Shown: piece by piece, positions 53,425-63,087 of the stretch
How positions within the stretch are numbered: the stretch's first letter is position 1
Layout: the number at the start of each line of letters is the position of its first letter
Origin: a virus
Virus record (IMG/VR): IMGVR_UViG_3300044730_000313
Location: 1-64,000 of that record
Strand: one strand, 5' to 3'
DNA length: 64,000 bases
The notes under the pieces: model-generated
What the model was told of the DNA's origin: nothing
Databases searched by the model: none
What the model saw: only the letters and a program-made list of their open reading frames with translations
Program-made: the position numbers and the translations under genes

Positions 53425-54966
53425 TTAGTTATATTTATCTAACCATCCACCCTTGGTTGGTTTGTTATAGTTTGTAAAGTTAAGCAATTGATCTAACTTC
53501 TTAAGTGGTTGAGCATCAGCATTGTTTACACTCACACCACCTTTAGCCACAGGATATTCTGTTACATATTCTCCATCAAACTCATAGTCTTCTCCTGGTT
53601 CCATGTATTGGACATCTCCTGTGTCAGATATTCCGAGGAGGGGTTGATCTACACCCTCCATAGTGATTACATTTGAAGGGATGATGACAGGCCCACCCAC
53701 GTTCTCAGGGTTCCAATATCCCATAGGATCTACAGGTATGTCCCCTCCATCTTGTAGGGTGCCTGTAGCAGATGCATAGTCAGCACCCTCCTGGTATGTA
53801 GCATCTCTAATACCTCCTACAAAAGACTTGAGAGCAGCTTTGCTAGGGAAGTACATAGTCTTCTGCTCATTGTATTTGCCTGTAGGATAGGTAAAGGTGT
53901 ATTTAGTTGGCTTGTTTTCAAACTGACTAGCTTTGAGAGGACTAGGCGCATTTGGTACAGGAAGCTCATATCCTAAGTCTATTGCTTCTCTAGGAATAGG
54001 GATAGGTTTTGCTAGTTTCTTACTTTCAGGAAGAGGAAAAGGTCCAATTGTTCTTGAAGTTTGTTGCTTCTTTACAGGTGGTTGTTTCTTTACAGGTGGT
54101 TGATACTTAAGACTTTTTCTTACAGGAGGATGATATATTTCTACAGCAGCACTATAAGGAAGAACATTTGTTTCTGTTAAATTTTTATTTTCCTCTAACG
54201 CTTCTGTTAACCCTTTAATTTTTCTAGATGTATCAAAACCAGGATCTCCAACCACTATAACATCTTTAGGCACCTGAGGATATTGGGATGGACCCCAATA
54301 CTGTCTAGGAAGAGATTGCTCTGTGTATTTAGGAAGAAATCTTCTTTTTCCTTGATAGTCTCCATGTATAAGATTACTGAATGCACCAACTAGACCAGAG
54401 CTGCTCATTAAAGAAAAGTTACTAAGGTTCTTTTTTACATCAGCTCTAGCTTTAGCAAGATCTTTCTGTCCTCTTATGTAGTTTCTAACGCTATCCTGCC
54501 AACGTCTGTAATCATTTATATCTGTTGTAATAGCGCTACCATTCTGACTAATAGTCTTAGGTTTGAAGTCTAGTCCAGCTTGGTAGTATTTCATCTCCTG
54601 TCCATTCTGTGCACTAGCCTTTGTCTTCTTAGCATAGGGACCGTTAGAAGGAGCAGGACTCTGTGTACGTGCGTAGGTGAATCCTACAGCACCAGGGAGA
54701 ACACCACCCATTTGCATTGTTCCACCCCATGCTCCGTTGTAGTTGAATCCAACATCCGTTAGACCTCCCATAGTTCCTTCTATGCCATTCTGTGCTTGGG
54801 GAGCGTCATACTTATCTAACCATCCTCCAGATTCAGCTTTGTAGGGCTTAGCGCCACCAGCAATAGCTCCAAAGAACTTACGTTGTTGTTCTGTCAGGGG
54901 ATGCCCATGCACCTCCTTATCGTGAAGGATTTTCCTTGCTTTTGTGGATGTGAGTTTCTTTGCCAT
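53425..54966 (-). CDS. internal virion/cargo protein
   Basis: 513 aa; GGWLDKY near both termini; ITMEGV...MEPGEDYEFDGEYVTEYP module. Confidence 0.65.
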   Translation of the reverse strand: MAKKLTSTKARKILHDKEVHGHPLTEQQRKFFGAIAGGAKPYKAESGGWLDKYDAPQAQNGIEGTMGGLTDVGFNYNGAWGGTMQMGGVLPGAVGFTYARTQSPAPSNGPYAKKTKASAQNGQEMKYYQAGLDFKPKTISQNGSAITTDINDYRRWQDSVRNYIRGQKDLAKARADVKKNLSNFSLMSSSGLVGAFSNLIHGDYQGKRRFLPKYTEQSLPRQYWGPSQYPQVPKDVIVVGDPGFDTSRKIKGLTEALEENKNLTETNVLPYSAAVEIYHPPVRKSLKYQPPVKKQPPVKKQQTSRTIGPFPLPESKKLAKPIPIPREAIDLGYELPVPNAPSPLKASQFENKPTKYTFTYPTGKYNEQKTMYFPSKAALKSFVGGIRDATYQEGADYASATGTLQDGGDIPVDPMGYWNPENVGGPVIIPSNVITMEGVDQPLLGISDTGDVQYMEPGEDYEFDGEYVTEYPVAKGGVSVNNADAQPLKKLDQLLNFTNYNKPTKGGWLDKYN

Positions 54967-55832
54967 TACTTGTAAGAGATTTGAGATGGTGTAATGATAA
55001 ACTGGCTAACTAGATGAGCATCATAGCGGTTGTCCAATATGTGTCTCACCTTCAACTCTTTAGCACGCAGAGGTTCTTTCTTGAAGGATCTCTTGCCATA
55101 GTCCATATTAGCCTGGTTTACCACCTTATCCAAAGATAGGGATTCACATGTACGTATGAATAATGGTTCCTGCTTATGCTTAACCAATGACCAGAATGTG
55201 TTATACTGGTAGAAGTTGTCACTCTTGGTGAATGTAATTGTCTTACTATCAGTGTTATATATTGGATACTTCAAGTAGTCCTTCAGGTTATTGATTGGTT
55301 TGGGAACCAGCTCAAGCACACCAGAAGACTGCTGACCGTTATACAAAACAGCTTTATTGAACCAAGCATCATCAGTTTCCACCTTACGGTTGTCATCAGA
55401 CACACCATCTGGATCAGAGAAGTATCTATATGCCTTAGTGTAATCTTGCACACTCTGAAGGATTTCATCTCTGTATTGGTAAGCAAAAGGATACTCAATG
55501 ATGTAAGGCTCAATGTTTCCGTAGAAGTAATTGTACACCACTGGGTTCTTCAGGTGCCTCCAGATACAAGCACTATAGGATTGCGTGTAGGTGGCTGCCA
55601 CCTGTTCATTAGGTGTCACTTGAGAAATAGGGAAGTTAATAGACTTTTTGCAGCCACCTGTGGATGTAATAGTAATTACACTAGCAGCACTATTCACGCT
55701 ATACACCACTCCATCAATCAGTTGACTCTTGGGTACATCTGTAGCTATTACATTTCCGAGGTTATCAGAAATGGTAAAAGGCCCGCTCCTGGGAGAGGCT
55801 TTCACTAGCTTTATGAATACGTTTTGAGGCAT
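54966..55832 (-). CDS. virion structural protein, probable C-terminal part of the muzzle/stabilisation protein
   Basis: N-terminal small beta domain, then IWRH..YNYFYG..PYIIE..FNKAVLYNGQQSSG, which continues the beta-propeller-like pattern of the upstream gene. Confidence 0.55.
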   Translation of the reverse strand: MPQNVFIKLVKASPRSGPFTISDNLGNVIATDVPKSQLIDGVVYSVNSAASVITITSTGGCKKSINFPISQVTPNEQVAATYTQSYSACIWRHLKNPVVYNYFYGNIEPYIIEYPFAYQYRDEILQSVQDYTKAYRYFSDPDGVSDDNRKVETDDAWFNKAVLYNGQQSSGVLELVPKPINNLKDYLKYPIYNTDSKTITFTKSDNFYQYNTFWSLVKHKQEPLFIRTCESLSLDKVVNQANMDYGKRSFKKEPLRAKELKVRHILDNRYDAHLVSQFIITPSQISYK

Positions 55833-55842
55833 TTATATCTTT

Positions 55843-58800
55843 TTATAATGGAGCTGTTGTAGTGGTAGTGGTAGTGGATGAACTGCTGGTAGTGGTTGTA
55901 GTTGTTGTACACTCTAAACAATCATCCTCACTTGTACAAGATGTGCCGCACAAAGCAATAATTACTCCTGGATCAGAATAGGGCACTGCTTCAGTGCTAA
56001 AGCACAAGTTTACAGTGGATGCTGGATTTACAGGAATGAATGATATGCTCTTGCTTCCACATACATACCCAGCTACATTATGAACCTCCTCTGTTGGGTT
56101 ATGAATAACATAACACTCACAAGGATATGCAGTTGTAGTGGTTGTGGTGGTGCTAGTGCTAGTTGTTGTTGTAGTGGTGATTTCACAAGCCACTCCCTCC
56201 AGATCACAGCCTGTATAATCTGTTGTTGTACTAGTTGTTGTGGATGTAGATGTACTTGTTGTGCTGGTACTAGTAGTAGTTGTAGTGTTTGGAATAGGAT
56301 TAGCTACAATAGCATCAAAGTCACCACAGCAATCATTTAGTCCTGAATAGAAGAAGTTGTTCTCACCAATATACCAGTTAGGGATGTAGCTATGAAAGCT
56401 TATCCAGCTCTTGGTATTGAAGTTAAAAGACACTGTCCAGCTCTTGTTACAGAAGTAGTCTGTGTCTGTAAGGAACACTTCTGTCTTGGTTAACTTCTCT
56501 GCACCACAGCAGTCTACAGGTTTCTCTAAGTAGAACTTCTTATCTACATCATCATATATGATACCTTCCACCTTTGGAACATAGTCAAGCTTGGTGATAA
56601 TCACCCTGTCATACTTGCTATCATATACACCATGCAGTCCTACACCATTAAAGTGATTATCCACATCCACCTTAGGGAAGTAACGTAATATCTCAAATGC
56701 CAGATGGTCTGTAAAGAACCTATTCATTCCTGAACCAAATCCTGATAAATCAACAGCTTCTGTACCAGTGATGAGGAACACTTGACCACGCTTAGCATCT
56801 ATAGTCACTTGTCCTTGTGGTATCTTGAGGAGCATCTTGTTCTGGGTTCCTACATATCCCAAGTCAGTTTCAGCAAAATCAATTGGAGGGGCTCCTCTAA
56901 ACAGCGATGGGTTACCAACATATGCTGCCTGAGGGTTGCTAGTATCAATGGTTAACAAGTTGTTGTACATCAACGTCTTGTTCTCAAATCTAGCCAGAAT
57001 AGCTCTGTTCTGAATTCCATCTAAAGAGATAAGGTCTCCAAAGTTTTGAGGGAAGTCAAAGTAAGATATGGCTCTGTAAACCAACCAGTTATTCACCCTA
57101 TTATCAGCATCTATGTTTTGAGGATCTGAGTAGATGGTTCTAAACGGATACTGTGTATAACATATTGTCTTCCAATCAAAAGGTAAGTGAGTGAATGTAT
57201 TCTCTCTGTTTTGCTTAGAGAAAGTTACATTATAGTAGTAGGTGTTGTCCTGAGCAATAGGGACATAGCTTTCTTGTACCCAGTCATCAGGAATACTTGT
57301 ACTTACATGTGGCCAGAAGTCACCCTCTCTGTTGTTAAAAGCTTGACGTAGATCTACGTTATAAGAACTCTCACAGTAGAAATAAGGAATACCATAAGCA
57401 AACTGATACATCTTACCATCGTAGAATGTTCTACCAGCACTTGTAATTGGAGTTTGCTCATTAGGACAATCAAGATTATTTGCCTTAATTGAGAAGAAGT
57501 TTGTTAATACAGCTGTCTCAATTGACGCATCTACAAGGATGGAACGTGCTGAGTGCCAGTATTCTGGGTAGGCCACATTACCAATCTCATCATAGAATAT
57601 ATCACTATCATCAGGAGCATTCACCCTGTTATCAATAAAGAAGGGCAGTTTGGTCTTGAAAGCAAACTTGCTGATGAACGTATCACCACCAAAGAACGTA
57701 GCTGTAGTAGTTGTTGCAGGAGTGATATCCACTTGAAATCCTGTATCCACTGTATCATAAGAGTATATCTGTCCATACTGATTGACAAATATGTTCTTAA
57801 GAGATCCGTAATAAGAGACAACACTTATGTATTCATCCTTAGCAGGAACAGGACAATTGTCTAGACTTCCATCAACACCCGCCTCACTAAGAGTCATTCT
57901 AGACCTATCGTTTACAGTGCCTGATATAGTGGGGGTTTGATTAGGGAATGGTAGAGGAGATCTAGGACCACCTGTATATGTTTCTTTAGTCTTTAGATAT
58001 ACAGAACTCTCTCTGTTCCAGTTGTTTATATCCTTGTTATCATTAACACCCTGTACACCAGGAATCAGGTATTGTTTGAGATCAAGCTCACGTTGCTTTA
58101 TTCCCAATCCATTAGCAATTGAATTACTATAGTCATAGCTAGCAATTGAGTTGTAGGAATAAGCGTAGTTTTGTCTGGTGATACCATTTATATAGATGGT
58201 GAGGTAGGCTTGATAGGCAGCAAACAGAGCGCTAGCGTTGTATGCACCAGTGGTGATGAGTGCTATTTGATTAGCGCTATCTAATGCATCCTGTTGAGCC
58301 TCAAGACTTACTAGTCTATACATGGCGTTATCTCTCACTTGTGTAAAGTGAGCTCTACCAGCACCAAATATTACATTCTCTAGTTTTAGTACACCACCTA
58401 AGAACGGTTGTCCAAAGGATGTTTCAGGAGAGTTAAATACATGTCTGTACTTTGCACCCTCCTCATCAAACGCATTTAGTTGAGCTGGAGCACACAGATC
58501 ATATCCAATTTCGTCTACTAATTCAATACTATAACCACCATCACCACTTGCATAAGTGGGAGGACTAAGAGAGGGTATAGTTCTAACACCACCAAACGTA
58601 GATCCATCTACTGTCCAGGTGCTTTGTTCTAAAGCTGCTTGAGGAGCATTACAACATCCGTTGCTCGGATTCTGAGCACAATATTCTGCCCAGTTAGCAT
58701 ATCCTACAGGAGGAAGTAATATAGATCCCGTAAGTGCATCTATTCCACAAGATATTCCTCCAGGAACAGGTGGATAATAATTAAATGTGGCAAGATCACC

Positions 58801-60897
58801 AGGTGCCACTGTAATTTTATACCAACTGTACGTGTTAGATATAATTGATCCTTGCGCTCCTCCACCAAATATAGGAGAGGGAAAACTTAACGCGCAAAGA
58901 TTAAATGATGTATTCAGAGGAAAATCACCACTAACACCAATTGTTTTTGTAACAGCTTCTCCTGAATAACAATCAATATACTTTATAGTGCCAGGCTGTG
59001 TTGCATATACAGTGAACTGTCTACATACAGAGGACGTACTTCTAGAAGCAAGAGGAATTGTGAAAGCATTGCTTTTCTCTAACAAGAACGGGTCTTGTCT
59101 TAAATCGTTGTAAGGATAGTTGGGGAAGTAATACTCTTGACCTTCGCGCTCATACTTACCCACATTTCTAAGTATACCCTTAGCTACAATGGATTTGTTT
59201 GTGCTTCTGTCACCACGGATAATCTTGAATCCAGCTATCTGACTCTTTTGTTCAGCTGTAAGATTGGAAGAGTTGATAAGAGACTGTACCTGTTGTACGT
59301 CTATTTTAACACCTAGTGGGAATATAGCGTCCTTTTGGATAGCCATAGAGTCTTGGCCTGCGAAGATGGCAGACTCAAATATGGGACTCACCAGGACATC
59401 TGGAAACTTATGGTGTCTAATGGGTTGACCAGCCAAGTCTCCCCATAGTTCTTCATTGCAAGGATATTCTTCTGTGGACTCCCAATAAGAAAACTCACCA
59501 AACTGGTAGGGTCCTTTGTACTCTGTTGCTGGAGAATAGCCAGGAGAGAACCCTGTCACTACAGCTGTATTATATATCTTCCAATAGGGGCTAGTTCCTG
59601 TTACAGGATCTGGATCACCTATAAAGTCATCATTTGTAGGAGAAACAGGAGATAGGTCTAACACATTTGCAATTCTACCAGGAATGTGGAAACCGTCAGT
59701 TTGCTTACCGTTAGTGAGCAAGAACACTATCTCAAAAGCATACACCTCATCCCTTAGATATCCTCTAAGGTTGGTGGCATTGAATGCATCAGCATAGGTT
59801 TCTGTATTAGGGATACGATAGGTTTCCCACTGCAGAGCGATACCGTTAGCTATCTTCTGGTAATTAATTCTTTCTACAGAAGTGAGTTGGTCCCACACCA
59901 GAATATCACGTACAGCTGTTATATCTTGAGCAATCTCGTAATATGGAAACTTCTCAAGTATGTCATTAATTGTCAGACGAACATTGGTTTTGTTCTGACC
60001 TGTGTAAGTAATCACCTGACTAGGACCATCAATAAAATAGGTGCCTATCAACTCAACGGAGGTAATGGCATTTACAGTTTTAATAACTGCTACATTAAAA
60101 TAATCGTACAGTCCTGTATTATCTAAGTTGCTGACAGTGAGCTCAATAGATTTACCCACCTGATAATTAAAATTAACAGTGGTGATACTGGGGTCAGCAA
60201 TAGGAGTGGGATTGGTAACAGAGTAGTAGGAAGTGAAAGGGTTTCCAGCAGGATCGGAATACTGAATAGCAAACTGATATGTACCTGCTTGAAGGTCACC
60301 CCCTGTGGTTATTCTAGTGACATCCAGCTGAGGAATAACAAAATCAGGCTGGACATTTAACCCGTTGCAATCTATCTCATTGCTGTACACAGGGTCGCAC
60401 GCAGGTGTACCTCCTATGAGAACATAGGGTAGGTTTTCTGGGTTGAGATCAATATATCTACGAGGATTGATTCCATCTGTCCAGTACACCTCTGTTGTGC
60501 ACTCTGTAATTCTGTGGACAGCCTTATGGATGGGATGATTAATGTTGAAATTGAGACAAGGAGCACTTACATAGGTGCGATAGATACAGTCGTTATTATC
60601 CATGTAGCCAATCTCAGAAGCACCTGTTTCTGGGTTGGTGATAAAGAATACATGTTTACTTCTCTCTTGGATGAAATGGGTACCTATTAATACAAAGCCA
60701 GGAGGGAACGTAACACAAAGTTCGTTCCCTGGCTCATTCTGATAGTTTACAGAATTAGCATCAAAGTTTTCTACAGCAGCATTCAGCGCATACGTTAGCT
60801 TACCCTTAGGAATCTGGTTGAGGGTCTGATCGAGGTTTAAGCCAGTGGTAGCGTTATTATACTCCTGTCTGATATTGCCTTGTTCTTGCTCAGCCAT
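55843..60897 (-). CDS. tail muzzle/stabilisation protein (crAss-like, P22 gp10-like) with a Thr-rich C-terminal extension
   Basis: 1684 aa; YWTDGINPRRYID, G.YQFAIQY, GYLRDEVYAF, IRHHKFPD, DAKRGQVF, GVYDSKYDRVIITK, WISFHSY motifs. Confidence 0.75.
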   Translation of the reverse strand: MAEQEQGNIRQEYNNATTGLNLDQTLNQIPKGKLTYALNAAVENFDANSVNYQNEPGNELCVTFPPGFVLIGTHFIQERSKHVFFITNPETGASEIGYMDNNDCIYRTYVSAPCLNFNINHPIHKAVHRITECTTEVYWTDGINPRRYIDLNPENLPYVLIGGTPACDPVYSNEIDCNGLNVQPDFVIPQLDVTRITTGGDLQAGTYQFAIQYSDPAGNPFTSYYSVTNPTPIADPSITTVNFNYQVGKSIELTVSNLDNTGLYDYFNVAVIKTVNAITSVELIGTYFIDGPSQVITYTGQNKTNVRLTINDILEKFPYYEIAQDITAVRDILVWDQLTSVERINYQKIANGIALQWETYRIPNTETYADAFNATNLRGYLRDEVYAFEIVFLLTNGKQTDGFHIPGRIANVLDLSPVSPTNDDFIGDPDPVTGTSPYWKIYNTAVVTGFSPGYSPATEYKGPYQFGEFSYWESTEEYPCNEELWGDLAGQPIRHHKFPDVLVSPIFESAIFAGQDSMAIQKDAIFPLGVKIDVQQVQSLINSSNLTAEQKSQIAGFKIIRGDRSTNKSIVAKGILRNVGKYEREGQEYYFPNYPYNDLRQDPFLLEKSNAFTIPLASRSTSSVCRQFTVYATQPGTIKYIDCYSGEAVTKTIGVSGDFPLNTSFNLCALSFPSPIFGGGAQGSIISNTYSWYKITVAPGDLATFNYYPPVPGGISCGIDALTGSILLPPVGYANWAEYCAQNPSNGCCNAPQAALEQSTWTVDGSTFGGVRTIPSLSPPTYASGDGGYSIELVDEIGYDLCAPAQLNAFDEEGAKYRHVFNSPETSFGQPFLGGVLKLENVIFGAGRAHFTQVRDNAMYRLVSLEAQQDALDSANQIALITTGAYNASALFAAYQAYLTIYINGITRQNYAYSYNSIASYDYSNSIANGLGIKQRELDLKQYLIPGVQGVNDNKDINNWNRESSVYLKTKETYTGGPRSPLPFPNQTPTISGTVNDRSRMTLSEAGVDGSLDNCPVPAKDEYISVVSYYGSLKNIFVNQYGQIYSYDTVDTGFQVDITPATTTTATFFGGDTFISKFAFKTKLPFFIDNRVNAPDDSDIFYDEIGNVAYPEYWHSARSILVDASIETAVLTNFFSIKANNLDCPNEQTPITSAGRTFYDGKMYQFAYGIPYFYCESSYNVDLRQAFNNREGDFWPHVSTSIPDDWVQESYVPIAQDNTYYYNVTFSKQNRENTFTHLPFDWKTICYTQYPFRTIYSDPQNIDADNRVNNWLVYRAISYFDFPQNFGDLISLDGIQNRAILARFENKTLMYNNLLTIDTSNPQAAYVGNPSLFRGAPPIDFAETDLGYVGTQNKMLLKIPQGQVTIDAKRGQVFLITGTEAVDLSGFGSGMNRFFTDHLAFEILRYFPKVDVDNHFNGVGLHGVYDSKYDRVIITKLDYVPKVEGIIYDDVDKKFYLEKPVDCCGAEKLTKTEVFLTDTDYFCNKSWTVSFNFNTKSWISFHSYIPNWYIGENNFFYSGLNDCCGDFDAIVANPIPNTTTTTSTSTTSTSTSTTTSTTTDYTGCDLEGVACEITTTTTTSTSTTTTTTTAYPCECYVIHNPTEEVHNVAGYVCGSKSISFIPVNPASTVNLCFSTEAVPYSDPGVIIALCGTSCTSEDDCLECTTTTTTTSSSSTTTTTTTAPL

Positions 60898-60902
60898 TGG
60901 TA

Positions 60903-61877
60903 TTAGTTATTGCGTCTCCAACCATACATTCCACCAACACGATTGGGTAGTTCGTACATATTAAATCTATTCAAGTCATTTTTAATCCTACGCTGCTTAG
61001 CCCAAGGATCTTGCTTCTTAATCTCAATATCAGCCATGATAAATGCTTCTTCAGATTGCTGCTTGTAATATGCGAGCTTCTGTTGGAGCTGGTTAAAGGT
61101 TTCATCATTGGTCTGGTTGGTGAGGGTTTCCATCATTTTAAACTTGATGAAAGCCTCAATATATTCCCTGATACGGAAGTTGTTGGGAATCAGTTGATTA
61201 CCACCAGCGTCATACTCTGTGGCATAGAAAATCAGGTGTACAATACCATTACGGAAGTTGGTGACAAACTTGTTATCCCTAATGTCAAATGAATCATACC
61301 CAGCAGAACCAGGGGTAAACTCACGAAGAGGGGGTGCCTCTTGATAGAACTCCCAGTTGTTTGTGTATTCCACACCGCAGTTCTTTTGTGCAGAGATGTT
61401 ACCAGGCTTGAGTAGATATTCCCTACGATATAGCACAGGAGCTTGGTTGTTTGTTTTGTATACTGTCTGAATAATCTCAGGCATACAAGACCCATCACAT
61501 CCTACATTACCACAACAAGGACTGGGAATAGGACAGTCTGTAACAATTGGACTCACCTGTATAGTGGTGGCTGTAGCAGCCTGGGAATAGAATGAGTTGG
61601 CTGTCTGATAGGGAAAGCCATTAATAGCTGTACAAAGCCACGCTTCACGAACAGCATAAAAGTTATCTGGGAGCCTAGCTTCATAGTCACAGATGTTTAA
61701 CACTTCCTCTTGAATAACATACGTTGCTCTACCCAACTTCAATAGACACTTGTCTAGGTAAGTGGGGAACATGAGGTCATCGATAGCCCCTGTATCGAAA
61801 TAGCTTTTAAACTCTTCCTTTACAGTGGAATAGATAATCTCAGGAGAGATGAAGTTATATTTGTAGTAGTATGACAT
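60903..61877 (-). CDS. tail ring/tubular (head-tail connector)-like protein
   Basis: 324 aa; position upstream of the muzzle; EARLPDNF and LIPNN..IREYIEAFIK pattern. Confidence 0.55.
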   Translation of the reverse strand: MSYYYKYNFISPEIIYSTVKEEFKSYFDTGAIDDLMFPTYLDKCLLKLGRATYVIQEEVLNICDYEARLPDNFYAVREAWLCTAINGFPYQTANSFYSQAATATTIQVSPIVTDCPIPSPCCGNVGCDGSCMPEIIQTVYKTNNQAPVLYRREYLLKPGNISAQKNCGVEYTNNWEFYQEAPPLREFTPGSAGYDSFDIRDNKFVTNFRNGIVHLIFYATEYDAGGNQLIPNNFRIREYIEAFIKFKMMETLTNQTNDETFNQLQQKLAYYKQQSEEAFIMADIEIKKQDPWAKQRRIKNDLNRFNMYELPNRVGGMYGWRRNN

Positions 61878-61882
61878 CTAGT

Positions 61883-62359
61883 TTACTTTTTCCATTCGTG
61901 ATAAATATGTTGATATCTGTTGTCGGTTTTTATGTAGTGAGACAACAATCTGGATGTTGTTCTGGAGGGTTTGAAATACCACAGTGCTGAGTGTCTGAAT
62001 CTAGCTGTATCTTTGAACCACACCCACCCAAAGAAATAACCCTCTGTATGGAAGTTGAAATTGTAGATACGCTTGCCCTTCTCTTTGGTCTTTTTCCAGT
62101 CTATAGGGAGATTGACAAACTCTTTACCATCCACCCCCTTCATCTTTCTACGCTTCTTTTTGTTTATGGAGAATTCACCAAACCCATAAGGAAGTCTTGC
62201 TCTCTCACCTGTCTCTAGGATGTACTCTTTGAAAGCATCGTTATAGGTGTAAACGATGTTTCTCCACTCGTCAAATGTTAATTTAACCGATGGATTTTTC
62301 TTACAGAAATGATTGTAGTTTTCTTTACTGGCGCTTCTCCAGTCTATTTTTACTCGCAT
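61883..62359 (-). CDS. IHF/HU-like protein (crAss-like structural module)
   Basis: ILETGERARLPYGFGEFSINKKK (HU-like arm) and IDWKKTK..G..IY motif. Confidence 0.6.
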   Translation of the reverse strand: MRVKIDWRSASKENYNHFCKKNPSVKLTFDEWRNIVYTYNDAFKEYILETGERARLPYGFGEFSINKKKRRKMKGVDGKEFVNLPIDWKKTKEKGKRIYNFNFHTEGYFFGWVWFKDTARFRHSALWYFKPSRTTSRLLSHYIKTDNRYQHIYHEWKK

Positions 62360-63087
62360 TATCTAGTGTTTGGAACGTTGGGCGCTTGACCATCAACTCC
62401 ATCACTTGTAATGTCTGTCTTCAATTTGAAGTAGGTGGATAGTAACTTCTGGGAAGTTAACTCTAGCACTTGCTTCTCTAGGTAACCAGGAACAGGGGAC
62501 TCTTTGTCAAGAGGATTCTTGCAGAGCTCTTCTGTTGTATATTCTGGGCTACCACAGCCACACTCTGGGAACATAATGGAATTAGGAACATCCTCCTCGA
62601 ACAAAGCAACAAGTCTGATGGCTTTCAGAAGGGGGTTATTCACATACAGATATCCATTAGTAATCCAGTAGTATTCTTCCTTCTTGATGATAGGAAGCTT
62701 AAGCAAGTTAATATATCTATTGATGGTTATTTCTTTTAGCTTCTTTCCCTGACCACTCATTGCATTAATTGAGTATACACCCTGGATAACATACTGATAG
62801 TTACCCTCTGTGATGCGGGGAAGCTTGAACTTAGTTCTAGCTACAGAACAAGGATCAGAATATTCACAACATTCAGAAATAGGAACTTCCACCATCTCCA
62901 AACAGGGAATGGTCGTGAACACTGTATCAGTAGCCCAAAGCTTCCTCAGATTAGTCTCACGTTTGATAAGGAGGAAGGCATTGTTCTTAATCTCAGACAT
63001 GACAGCCCTATCCGTGATCAAGTTGTCTGTAGACAGCAACTTATGCATAGAGCGCACATCTGAAACTAATTTCCTAAAAGTTGACAT
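62359..63087 (-). CDS. tail ring/tubular-like protein
   Basis: 242 aa; CLEMVEV..C..RTK.KLP, YYWITNGYLY, ALFE motifs, in the crAss-like ring-IHF-ring-muzzle order. Confidence 0.6.
   Translation of the reverse strand: MSTFRKLVSDVRSMHKLLSTDNLITDRAVMSEIKNNAFLLIKRETNLRKLWATDTVFTTIPCLEMVEVPISECCEYSDPCSVARTKFKLPRITEGNYQYVIQGVYSINAMSGQGKKLKEITINRYINLLKLPIIKKEEYYWITNGYLYVNNPLLKAIRLVALFEEDVPNSIMFPECGCGSPEYTTEELCKNPLDKESPVPGYLEKQVLELTSQKLLSTYFKLKTDITSDGVDGQAPNVPNTR

Noticed and set aside
54068-54102. 18-bp tandem duplication (QPPVKK twice)
   Set aside because: Trivial linker duplication with no further implication
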